Shown: positions 1 through 8,548 of the stretch, piece by piece | Layout: each line of letters opens with the position of its first letter | Position numbering within the stretch: the first letter of the stretch is position 1 | Origin: Candidatus Woesearchaeota archaeon | GTDB lineage: Archaea; Nanobdellota; Nanobdellia; Woesearchaeales; UBA10216 | Assembly (NCBI GenBank): GCA_016180085.1 | Contig: JACPBX010000030.1 | Location: forward strand, 1-18,270 | Reading direction: 5' to 3' | Length of the DNA stretch: 18,270 bases | The notes under the pieces: generated by a model | The model's input: the letters and a program-made list of their open reading frames with translations, nothing else | What the model was told of the DNA's origin: nothing | The model's database searches: none | Position numbers and translations under genes: made by a program

Positions 1-1014
1 GACAGCAGCATCCTTGACCTGCCTGAGGAGTGGCTTCCGGGCAACAAGACAGCTGCTGACATAGTTGATTTCAGGATGCAGCTGATAAGGGGAAAGCAGC
101 CTGTCAACGTAAGGAATCCCAGCTCAAGCAGGGGAATTGTGACTAAGCTGCAGGAAATAGCATTGGCGAAAAGCCCGCTTGAGATGGAAGCTGAGTTCAA
201 GAAGAAGCCTGTTGGAAGGTTTTTCCATGAGGAGGTGCAGCCGTTTGGCCCAAGCGCTGCCCTGAAAGAGTTCAGCGTCGGCAACAGCAGGTTTCATCCG
301 CAGCTTGAGAAGGCGCATTATGACACTGATTTGAAGGCAAAGGAAGCTGTCATTCAGCTCTACGAAAAAGGCGTATTGTTCTCATCAATCCAGAAGGCAT
401 TCAGCACAGGCGCGTTTGGGCTGGAAAAGAACCGTAAGCTTGTGCCCACAAGATGGTCAATCACAGCGGTTGACAGCACTCTCTCGGAGCATCTCCTGAA
501 TGAGATAAGATACCACGAGCCAATAAGCGATTACAGGGTGTACGAAGCCAACAGCCTGAACAACCGCTTTATCGTCATGATGCTGCCAACCACATGGAGG
601 TATGAGACAATAGAAGCCTTTTTCCCCAGCATTGTTGGGGAGAAGCTTGAGGTGTTCGGCGATTATGAAAGGTTTGAAAGGAAAAAGGAATATGCTGCGA
701 TTGGCGGCTGCTACTACTCAGCAAGGCTTGCTGTGGCAGAAAAGCTGAAGGGAGAGGAAAAGCAAGCAGGTGTCATAATTCTGAGGGAAGCTTATCCGGG
801 CTACATCCCTCTCGGTGTCTGGAACGTGCGCGAGAACATGAGGATAGCAATGCAGCTTGGCTGCCGCAGCTTTTACACATTTAATGAAGCGCTTGCTTAT
901 GCCTCGCGGCGGCTCAGGATCTCTATGGGCACGTGGCTGCAGCACAGCACGCTGTTCAGGGAAGAGTTCGTGCAGAAGAGGCTGTCTGACTTCGCCAGGC
1001 TGCAGGTTGTGTGA
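1..1014 (+). CDS. nreA: Nre-family archaeal DNA repair protein, 5' end outside the window, with C-terminal PCNA-interacting (PIP) motif
   Basis: Frame is open from base 1 (DSSILDLPEEWLPG...DIVDFRMQLIRG), so the ORF-track start at 76 is internal. It has Nre-type motifs GLEKNRKLVPTRWSITAVDS, GGCYYSARLAVAE and GYIPLGVWNVRENMR, and ends QKRLSDF (Q-x-x-L-x-x-F PIP box). Confidence 0.85.
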   Translation, partial: DSSILDLPEEWLPGNKTAADIVDFRMQLIRGKQPVNVRNPSSSRGIVTKLQEIALAKSPLEMEAEFKKKPVGRFFHEEVQPFGPSAALKEFSVGNSRFHPQLEKAHYDTDLKAKEAVIQLYEKGVLFSSIQKAFSTGAFGLEKNRKLVPTRWSITAVDSTLSEHLLNEIRYHEPISDYRVYEANSLNNRFIVMMLPTTWRYETIEAFFPSIVGEKLEVFGDYERFERKKEYAAIGGCYYSARLAVAEKLKGEEKQAGVIILREAYPGYIPLGVWNVRENMRIAMQLGCRSFYTFNEALAYASRRLRISMGTWLQHSTLFREEFVQKRLSDFARLQVV

Positions 1015-1028
1015 GAAAGGTTTATAAG
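1013..1028 (+). promoter_or_regulatory. Archaeal BRE + TATA box for the surface-protein operon
   Basis: Purine-rich GAGAAAGG followed directly by TTTATAAG (1021-1028), ~35 nt upstream of TTG 1064. SD-like AGGTG at 1053-1057. Confidence 0.65.
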
Positions 1029-1063
1029 CATCAAAGGGAAAAAGTGCCTCTTAGGTGTGCCGG

Positions 1064-4000
1064 TTGGATAAAAGAGGCTGTGTACTGTTTTTGGCAGTAA
1101 TGGCACTGTTTCTGCTTCTTGCCTCTATCGACGTTTCAGCTGCAACTTATGTTGCCAAGCTTCAGGCTTCTCTGGAAAAGTCGCTGTATGGCACAAACGA
1201 GGAGATGCACCTTAGCGGCTCTGTTTTGCTCAGCAACCTCTCAGCCAATGACACGAGTTTTTTGGCTGTTGCAAACTCAAACGCTTCCATAAATTTCACG
1301 CTGGAAAACGCTTCCGGCATACAGGCCCAGCACCTCCTTAACACGTCCGGTGACGGCAGCTTCAAGTCAAGAAGCGACAACTTCCCTGCAGGCATCCAGA
1401 TCAATGCACCTGCTGCCGACGGCTATTACAATTTCTCTGTTGCTTATACCGACCCGAACACTGACGTTTGGAAGGTTGGCGGTGTTGTGCGCGTTTTTGG
1501 CACCTCAATTGACTACATCTCGATAAGCCCTGACTTCGCAAGGTATTACGCTGGTGACATTGTGCCTGTTAACTTGAGGGCCTTGAGGTATGTTGGCGAT
1601 AAGAAAGTTGCCCTTGCCAATGTCAGCGTTAATGGCTCAATGCGCTACACAAACCGCACTGTAATTTCAACATTTTCCTGCACGACTAATTCTGGCGGTG
1701 TTTGCCTTGTGAAGGTAACTGCGCCTTCACAAACAGGCACATACATCCTTGAGGCGAACAATTTCCTGAGCACATCTTCTTTTGTTGTGGTGCCATTCGA
1801 GGCGTTCGTCTACGTCAAGGACTCCACAGGTGAAAGCTTTAAGGAGATTCTGAAGGCAAATGAGGTAGCGACTGTTGAGGCAAAGGTGCTGTTTAATGGC
1901 ACTACCCCCACAGGCGATTTTGTTTTCAATGGCACCATAACAGACTCAAGCAGCAATGTGATTGCCAACATAACTTCAACAGAGCTTAACAGCAACAACT
2001 CCTATACGAACAGGTTCTCTTTCACTGTCTCAAATGCCTTTACAAATGGCGTTTATTATGTCTCGGTCACAGTTTACAAAACCGGAGGAAGCAGTGTTGC
2101 TGCTTCAACCTCTTTCCAAGTCAGGTCGTGGACTTTAACAGTCACAAAGGCAACCAAGGATTCCGGCTTTGAGTACGAGTACACTGCCTTTGCAAACAAG
2201 AACATCTCCTTTGAAGTGTTTCCAAAGGAATCAGAGAACGGAACCGTGATTACAGGGCTGAACAGCACCCAGTTTAACATAACGCTTACAGGCAAGACAG
2301 GCGATGTCATAGCCATCGGCAATTCAACGTGGAATTCCTCTTGCAGCAGCTCAGGATGCTACACCTTCGTCCTGGCTACGCCTGCGGCTGCCGGAAGGTA
2401 CCTCCTGGCTGTTTCGCTTAATTACAGCAGCGACGCGCAGACTGTCCACAGGATTATCGGCGTGACCTCCACCTCACTTTCGGCTCTCCCAAGCAGCCAG
2501 GACGGGCTGCTGAAGGAGGTTTTCGGCACTACCGAGTTTGTTTATGTCAGCTTGAGTGCAAAGAACCAGACCTCTGCTGTGAACATTACTGATGTGTTTG
2601 TTGAGTCTGTAGTGTACGAGAACGGCACAAAGTTCAACTTTACGGAGGTTAACTCGTGGAGTGACATTAACTCAAGCAATTCTGCCCTTGAATGGGCCTG
2701 GAACGCCTCTGCGCAGCGCATTAAACTCGATGCTCCGAAGGCTGGAGGGGATTACTTAATCACTGTTTTTGCGAACAACAGGTCTGCAGCGGCAAGCACG
2801 AAGTTCGGCATTAACCCTTACTCTGCGTGCAGTACTGCAAAGAACACAGCAGGCAGCGTTGATTCCTCAAGCAGCTTCTACGTTTGGCAATACAAGACAA
2901 CCGACACAGTCTATTTTGAGCTTAAGGTTTCCCAGGCACAGAATGGCTTGGGAAAGGCAGCTGCACCTAACGGGACTTTCAGCAGTTCCTACTACGGCAT
3001 GGGCAGCGCCTGCCAGCTTGACACAACAAAGTCTCAGGCAATAACAAACGCCACGATTGAGGTCACAAGCGTTGTCAACCTCCAGAATGGCGCAACTGCC
3101 TCAATCAACACCACTGCCTCAACATGCTCTGCAGACGACAACTCAGGGACATACACCTGCACGGTAAAGCCTCTGACCAAGTGGGATGGCGGAAGGTATG
3201 CGGTTAAGATGCAGATTACAGGCTCTGACGGCGAAACCAGGGACAGGGCAGAGAGCATATTTGAAGCAAGGGCTTTCTACCTCTGGGCATACAGCAACTC
3301 GTGGACTAACAAGCCAGCCAGCAACATAACCTTCAACGTCCAACTGTATGAGGCAGGAACAAACTGGTGGAGCAACTATGGCAGCACTGGCGGCATCACT
3401 GGCGAGGTTGCCGTACAAAAGATTGAATACAACGGTAAGGACGGGGAATGGCTGTGGCCACCAATTGATATCAGCTACAACACAACAGGCCTTAACGCAT
3501 CCAACGTCACAAATGGCAGAGGCACATTCACGCTTGAAACATCAAGGCTGCCAAAGGGAAGGTGGGAGCCAGGCTATTACTTCGCAACCATAAAGGGCAC
3601 AAATACTGCCACTGGCGAGAGCGATTATGGCCAGGCATGGTTCGGCATAAAGCAGTGGGACGCTTACTCAACTCCTGTAGAGCAGTCAGGCAGCTCTTAC
3701 GCATACAAGAACTCTTTTAGCACAAAAGAGAATGCAACACTCTACATCCGCATAACAAACGCGGGAGACTGGAGCGATAATGGGGGAACAAACCTGGCCG
3801 GAGGGGAGAAACTTGTTGTTGGCGTCAAGAAGCTGCAACACTATACCACGTGGCCTCCTACCGAGCTTAACACAAGCGCTTACACTGTGGGCAAGATTAA
3901 CGTAAGCACCTCAAGCCCGTGGTACTACAGTGCCAACCCAAACACTCATTCCAAATACGTTATGAACATCAGCCCAACCAGCGGAAGGTGGAACAGCGGC

Positions 4001-6880
4001 TACTATAACGTCATCCTTGACGTGAACGGAACAGAGACTGGTTATGGCTGGTTCAACGTTATCTCTTTCAATGTAAACACCCAGCCAACAAATGCCAGCG
4101 GCACTTACACTTACACCACCAAGGGCAACGGTCCGGTTTACTTCAACATAACAACAACAAAGAACCAGAAGGCAAGCTACGGTAACTATGGCGCAGCTGA
4201 CTACATTAACACCACATTCAAGGACCTTGTTTTGAGGACATGGCTGGAAAGCACGTGGCAGACTGTCGAGTACAACTATCCTGAGGACCTTAACGTCTCG
4301 CCATTGCAGGTTAACGGCACTGCCCTGCTTCAGGTCAACGTCACAGGCAACTGGCCTGCAGGCTATTACTGGGGTGAAATCACCATGCAGGATTCCGAAA
4401 ACTCAACCGGGACAGGCTATATGTGGTTCAGCGTCAGGCCATTTAGGGTGGATACATCCACCAACCAGTACACCATTGATAGCGATGCCAATGTTAGCGT
4501 TAACCTGAACGTCAGGCAGCCCGACTGGTCTAACAATAACCTTATTTCCGGAAATTACACTGTGGCGCAGGTTTACGAAGACATATGGTCTGGTTCAGGA
4601 AGGACAAGGACTTTCTATACAAACTACTTCCCAGCCAACACAAGCTGGTTCAATGCAACGACGCTCCTTAACATATCGCCCTCAACGGTCTGGAGCAGCG
4701 CAAACAATGGCTACCATTACCTCACAGTCGTGGTTCGGGACAACGGCGACAACACCACCCAAAATGGCTGGGTTTCTTTCAGGGCTGTGCCGTTTTCAAT
4801 TACTGTAGGCAGCGTGTTTGGAAACCAGTATGCGATTTCGCAATCAGGCAATGTCACTGTGCCAGTTACTGTAAGGAAGGCTATCACTAATGCTGCAACC
4901 CCGGCTAATCTGTCCAGGGTTTACGAGTGGACATACCCAACACAGACAGAGTACGGCTTTGCGGTAGGGAACTGCACCTCTGCTGCTAACGGGACAGCCT
5001 GCCAGGTGAATGGCACACAAAATGTTACTTTGGTCGTTCCAGGCAGCGGATGGTCGAGTGGCTGGCACTACCTGTATTTGGAATTCGTTTCACCAACCGG
5101 AGGGAGCAAGCTGCAGGCTGACAACAGCGCTTGGTTCAATGCTGTGCAGGCTTATGACGGCTATTTCAGCAATTGGGACGAGGGCGGCCAGTATAAGTAC
5201 TATTTCGGGTTTGACGAAAACCTGACAATAAGGCTGTTTGCGCGAAACCTCAATTATATTCCTCAGAATGTTAACGTTACAAAGGTGGAAATGTCCGAAG
5301 ACGGCGATAGCTGCTGGTCTGAAAGCTGCAAGACCTATTCCAATCACTCGTATGTTATCCTTAACGGCAGCGGAGGCAACGAGATAAGAGGGAATGGGAC
5401 CATAAGGATAGTAAAGCCGAGCGGCAGCTGGAAGCGCGGCCAGCATTCCATAAAAGCGACGGTTCAGGGCTCTGCAGGAAGCGCTGTTATAAAGGGCGGC
5501 TATGTTTACGTGAAGGACACGGTGCTGCCCAATGTTACAATGGTCTCGCCGCAGGTTGGAGCTGTGGTAAACGCAACAACATTCCTGTTTAACGCGACAA
5601 CGAACGAGAACTCAAGGTGCTCTGTGACTTTGGCAAATTACGACCATTTCTTGCTGATGTACTGCAGCGGAATAAATGGGAGCGCGGCCTGCAACAGCTC
5701 AAGGTTCAACGGAAGCACATTTTATTACAAGCAGGTGAATTATGCATCAGGCGAAGTCTTCACTGGAGGAAAGACGCACCACTACACCTTCAACGTTGCA
5801 GGGCTTGCTAACCAGGATTACGGGTTGCTGGCTGACTGTTACGACATAGACTGGAACGTGGCCTCTGGACGGTCAGCATTTACGCTTAACGTTTCACAGC
5901 CGCATGTTCCTGTAACTGTGAATCTCTCAAGCCCGGCAAATAACGCCGTTATTAATAACACAGGCAATGTAACGTTCCAATACAATATTACAGGACCTCC
6001 TGGCGTGAATGCAAGCTGCAGCGTTTACATAAACACGAGCAATATGTGGCAGGCAAATGCAACAAGCAGCGCCATAACGTTTAACAGTACCAACACCACA
6101 ATAGCCAAAACCAATATCTCAGGCTTCAACAACGGCACATACGTCTGGAATACCTACTGCTACCAAACCACCAACACGACAAACGCTGCTTGGGCACCAG
6201 CGAACTTTACATTCACGGCAGCAATAAACTCCTCTGCTTCAAACGCTTCCAACACAACTTATGTCCCTGCCTCCGTAAACCTTACAAGTCCAGCAAATAA
6301 TTCAGCAGTCAACACCAGCACGGTGACTTTCAATTACAACGCGAGCGGACCTTCAACAGGGATGACGTGCGCATTATGGAGCAACTCAACAGGAGCATGG
6401 AAAGTCAACGTCACAAACTCATCAGCAACCCAGGGGCAACAGACAGCCAGCCATACCAACTTCGTAAACGGCACATACGTCTGGAACGCAAGGTGCGAGG
6501 ACAACTCTAACAGCAGCAACTACGCCTTTGGAGCTTTCAACTTTACACTCTCAGTAGTGAACCTCACAGGCTCAGCTTCCTCCTCTTCCAACGTAACGGT
6601 AAACCTCTCGAGCCCCGCCAATAGCTCAATAATAAACACTAACATGGTTCCTATCTTCAACGTAAGCGGACCGTCTCTGCTTAACTGCAGCGTGTGGGGC
6701 AACTTCACCGGCGCTTGGCTTTCAAACATAACAAATAATTCCATAAGTCCAGGAAGCATTAACGCCGGCACGTTGTTTTTGGGAACTGGATATTACATAT
6801 GGAACACTCGCTGTGTTGACGCTACCAACAACTCAGCATACGCTTGGGCTCCATATAACTGGACATTCACGAGGTCATGA
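1064..6880 (+). CDS. Giant (~1,938 aa) secreted surface/S-layer-like glycoprotein of tandem Ig/macroglobulin-like beta-sandwich domains
   Basis: Start TTG 1064 is preferred over GTG 1055 because AGGTG lies 6 nt upstream. Signal peptide MDKRGCVLFLAVMALFLLLASIDVSA|A. Very high density of N-x-S/T sequons, paired cysteines, and a recurring (W-x-x)-G-x-Y/H strand every ~105-145 aa. Three C-terminal VNL[ST]SPAN repeats and no C-terminal TM helix. The specific function is not identifiable. Confidence 0.8.
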   Translation: MDKRGCVLFLAVMALFLLLASIDVSAATYVAKLQASLEKSLYGTNEEMHLSGSVLLSNLSANDTSFLAVANSNASINFTLENASGIQAQHLLNTSGDGSFKSRSDNFPAGIQINAPAADGYYNFSVAYTDPNTDVWKVGGVVRVFGTSIDYISISPDFARYYAGDIVPVNLRALRYVGDKKVALANVSVNGSMRYTNRTVISTFSCTTNSGGVCLVKVTAPSQTGTYILEANNFLSTSSFVVVPFEAFVYVKDSTGESFKEILKANEVATVEAKVLFNGTTPTGDFVFNGTITDSSSNVIANITSTELNSNNSYTNRFSFTVSNAFTNGVYYVSVTVYKTGGSSVAASTSFQVRSWTLTVTKATKDSGFEYEYTAFANKNISFEVFPKESENGTVITGLNSTQFNITLTGKTGDVIAIGNSTWNSSCSSSGCYTFVLATPAAAGRYLLAVSLNYSSDAQTVHRIIGVTSTSLSALPSSQDGLLKEVFGTTEFVYVSLSAKNQTSAVNITDVFVESVVYENGTKFNFTEVNSWSDINSSNSALEWAWNASAQRIKLDAPKAGGDYLITVFANNRSAAASTKFGINPYSACSTAKNTAGSVDSSSSFYVWQYKTTDTVYFELKVSQAQNGLGKAAAPNGTFSSSYYGMGSACQLDTTKSQAITNATIEVTSVVNLQNGATASINTTASTCSADDNSGTYTCTVKPLTKWDGGRYAVKMQITGSDGETRDRAESIFEARAFYLWAYSNSWTNKPASNITFNVQLYEAGTNWWSNYGSTGGITGEVAVQKIEYNGKDGEWLWPPIDISYNTTGLNASNVTNGRGTFTLETSRLPKGRWEPGYYFATIKGTNTATGESDYGQAWFGIKQWDAYSTPVEQSGSSYAYKNSFSTKENATLYIRITNAGDWSDNGGTNLAGGEKLVVGVKKLQHYTTWPPTELNTSAYTVGKINVSTSSPWYYSANPNTHSKYVMNISPTSGRWNSGYYNVILDVNGTETGYGWFNVISFNVNTQPTNASGTYTYTTKGNGPVYFNITTTKNQKASYGNYGAADYINTTFKDLVLRTWLESTWQTVEYNYPEDLNVSPLQVNGTALLQVNVTGNWPAGYYWGEITMQDSENSTGTGYMWFSVRPFRVDTSTNQYTIDSDANVSVNLNVRQPDWSNNNLISGNYTVAQVYEDIWSGSGRTRTFYTNYFPANTSWFNATTLLNISPSTVWSSANNGYHYLTVVVRDNGDNTTQNGWVSFRAVPFSITVGSVFGNQYAISQSGNVTVPVTVRKAITNAATPANLSRVYEWTYPTQTEYGFAVGNCTSAANGTACQVNGTQNVTLVVPGSGWSSGWHYLYLEFVSPTGGSKLQADNSAWFNAVQAYDGYFSNWDEGGQYKYYFGFDENLTIRLFARNLNYIPQNVNVTKVEMSEDGDSCWSESCKTYSNHSYVILNGSGGNEIRGNGTIRIVKPSGSWKRGQHSIKATVQGSAGSAVIKGGYVYVKDTVLPNVTMVSPQVGAVVNATTFLFNATTNENSRCSVTLANYDHFLLMYCSGINGSAACNSSRFNGSTFYYKQVNYASGEVFTGGKTHHYTFNVAGLANQDYGLLADCYDIDWNVASGRSAFTLNVSQPHVPVTVNLSSPANNAVINNTGNVTFQYNITGPPGVNASCSVYINTSNMWQANATSSAITFNSTNTTIAKTNISGFNNGTYVWNTYCYQTTNTTNAAWAPANFTFTAAINSSASNASNTTYVPASVNLTSPANNSAVNTSTVTFNYNASGPSTGMTCALWSNSTGAWKVNVTNSSATQGQQTASHTNFVNGTYVWNARCEDNSNSSNYAFGAFNFTLSVVNLTGSASSSSNVTVNLSSPANSSIINTNMVPIFNVSGPSLLNCSVWGNFTGAWLSNITNNSISPGSINAGTLFLGTGYYIWNTRCVDATNNSAYAWAPYNWTFTRS
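5918..6877 (+). repeat. Three tandem ~92-100 aa intragenic repeats (VNLxSPANN...C...NGTY[VI]WNxxC...A[WF].P.N[FW]TF)
   Basis: Units start at 5918, 6275 and 6599, separated by Ser/Asn-rich linkers. A more divergent unit (VTMVSPQVG) starts at 5534. AACGGCACATACGTCTGGAA is identical at 6131-6150 and 6467-6486. Confidence 0.85.
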
Positions 6881-8475
6881 AAATGGTGAAAACGAAATAT
6901 AAAACTCATAAGGCTTCAGTAATTTTAGCTGTGGTGATTATGGCCGCGTTGCTGCTAGCTCCGGAAGCACTGGCCGCTCTCCAAGTCACTTCATTTTCAT
7001 GCAATGGTGAAACAGGCACAATCACAGTGCCGAACAACCTTGCATTCACATGCACTGCCACCATCAACAACCCCGACGATTCGACTTCTTCGCTAAGCTC
7101 TGCAAAGCTCTATATTGACGGCAGCTGGGCGACACAGTCTTACAGCGGCTCAGGGTTCAGCACATCGCTCACTACCGGCGCTTCCACCACAGCCGTATTT
7201 ACAGACGTAACAGCAACGACCCCGGGCAGCCACAAGTTTTCGTATATCCTGCTTGATGGCGTATCAGATACATTCGTTGCAGATAGTGTCGTTAATGTCA
7301 TGGACATAAGGCTGTCAAGGGTGAGGGCAAACGCCTCTTCTGCCGCGCAGAATGCGCCATTCAATGTTATTGCCGAAGTTTCAACAGGGGGGGCAATGTC
7401 GGTTACAGCCACAATAGACGTTTCGGACTGCACACTGGCAACCGGCGAGGAGGCATCAAAGATTGTCGGCTCACTTACCGAGGGCGCCCAGACAGGCGTT
7501 TCGTGGAAGCTTATCATGGGAGCCAATGACTGCTCCTACACGGTAAGCGTGACAGGCACCGGCTCAGGCAGGGTTACTGATGACGTGGCAGGGTCGGTTA
7601 CCTCAACCGGGGGAGGCAGCGGAAACAGCCCATCACCTAGCGGAGGAACAGGCGGTGGTGGAGGAGGGGGAGGTGGTGGAGGAGGAGGCGCAGCGCTTGT
7701 TGACGAATCAGTTATTGTTGCTTCCATCCCTGCAGCCAGCATTGGGACCTTTGCATTCGGCAAGTTCGCAGACTTTGCAGTTTATGAGGTTGCTTTCAGG
7801 GCGAATGTCAACCTGGAGAATGCGAAACTGACTGCCAAGGAGGCAAGGCTTTCGGAAAGCGCGCCAAAGCCGTTTGGAGAAGGCACAGAGGCAGTCTTCA
7901 AATACTTCTCTGTAACAAGGGAAAAAGTCAAGAATGAGGAAATATCCGAAGCCAAGATAAGGTTTAAGGTGCCAAACAGCTGGTTTGCTAAAGAATCAAT
8001 TGTTCCGGCGAGTGTTAAACTGAAAAAGCTTGTCAGCAATGCCTGGGTTTCCAATCCCACAATGCTGCTCAGTGATTCAGGCGGCTTCACCAGCTATGAA
8101 GCCACTGTTGAGGGTCTGTCAACCTTTGCCATAGTGGGGGAGAAAAGGGAGGGAGCTGCTGCTAAGGTAGCTGAAGAGGAAGAAGAAGAGAAAGCTGCAG
8201 CTGAAAGGGAAGCTGCAGAGAGGGCTGCTGCTGAGGCTGCCAGAAAGGCAGAAGAGGAAAGGCTCGCCCTGGCAAGGCAGCAGGAAGCTGAGAAAAAGCC
8301 CAAGGAACTGTTTGGAGGCTTCAGTTTTGCCTCAAAGGTGGTATGGACTCTTGTCGCTATAGTTGCCGCAATTTTAGTCATCATCGAAATTATGCACTTC
8401 ATGCACAGGAAGATTCCTCCAAACATGCGGCTGAAGCTGCCCGGTATCCCGCCTCCTCCAACCAATCCACGGTAA
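6877..8475 (+). CDS. Membrane-anchored cell-surface protein with PGF-pre-PGF domain
   Basis: ATGA overlap with the upstream stop. Architecture: signal peptide (...IMAALLLAPEALA), two beta-rich CARDB/Ig-like domains, Gly13 linker, PGF-pre-PGF-like domain (AKIRFKVPNSW...YEATVEGLSTFAIVG), E/A/K/R-rich helix, TM helix VVWTLVAIVAAILVIIEIM, and a basic Pro-rich tail. Confidence 0.8.
   Translation: MKMVKTKYKTHKASVILAVVIMAALLLAPEALAALQVTSFSCNGETGTITVPNNLAFTCTATINNPDDSTSSLSSAKLYIDGSWATQSYSGSGFSTSLTTGASTTAVFTDVTATTPGSHKFSYILLDGVSDTFVADSVVNVMDIRLSRVRANASSAAQNAPFNVIAEVSTGGAMSVTATIDVSDCTLATGEEASKIVGSLTEGAQTGVSWKLIMGANDCSYTVSVTGTGSGRVTDDVAGSVTSTGGGSGNSPSPSGGTGGGGGGGGGGGGGAALVDESVIVASIPAASIGTFAFGKFADFAVYEVAFRANVNLENAKLTAKEARLSESAPKPFGEGTEAVFKYFSVTREKVKNEEISEAKIRFKVPNSWFAKESIVPASVKLKKLVSNAWVSNPTMLLSDSGGFTSYEATVEGLSTFAIVGEKREGAAAKVAEEEEEEKAAAEREAAERAAAEAARKAEEERLALARQQEAEKKPKELFGGFSFASKVVWTLVAIVAAILVIIEIMHFMHRKIPPNMRLKLPGIPPPPTNPR
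7651..7689 (+). repeat. (GGN)13 poly-glycine linker
   Basis: GGCGGTGGTGGAGGAGGGGGAGGTGGTGGAGGAGGAGGC is in frame and encodes 13 Gly. Confidence 0.9.
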
Positions 8476-8482
8476 TCACGGT

Positions 8483-8541
8483 AAAAATAGAAGAATCGAA
8501 GGGAGAGGAAAATAAAGAAGAACAAGAAAAAGGAAAAAGGG
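8483..8541 (-). terminator. Probable oligo-U archaeal terminator for the THUMP gene
   Basis: The + strand is an almost pure A/G tract, so the - strand reads CCCTTTTTCCTTTTTCTTGTTCTTCTTTATTTTCC... starting 8 nt after the TAA at 8549. Confidence 0.55.
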
Positions 8542-8548
8542 CAGCGTA

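Noticed and set aside
5918-6880. Diversity-generating retroelement target (AAC-rich C-terminus, DPANN host)
   Set aside because: No reverse transcriptase and no near-identical TR/VR pair differing at adenines. The repeats differ at all base types.
7615-7690. G-quadruplex-like G-rich tract
   Set aside because: It is fully explained by a poly-Gly codon run, and the runs are mostly GG only.
8468-8484. Tandem CACGGTAA(T/A) duplication giving two in-frame TAA stops
   Set aside because: It is real but most simply a small slippage duplication, with no evidence of function.
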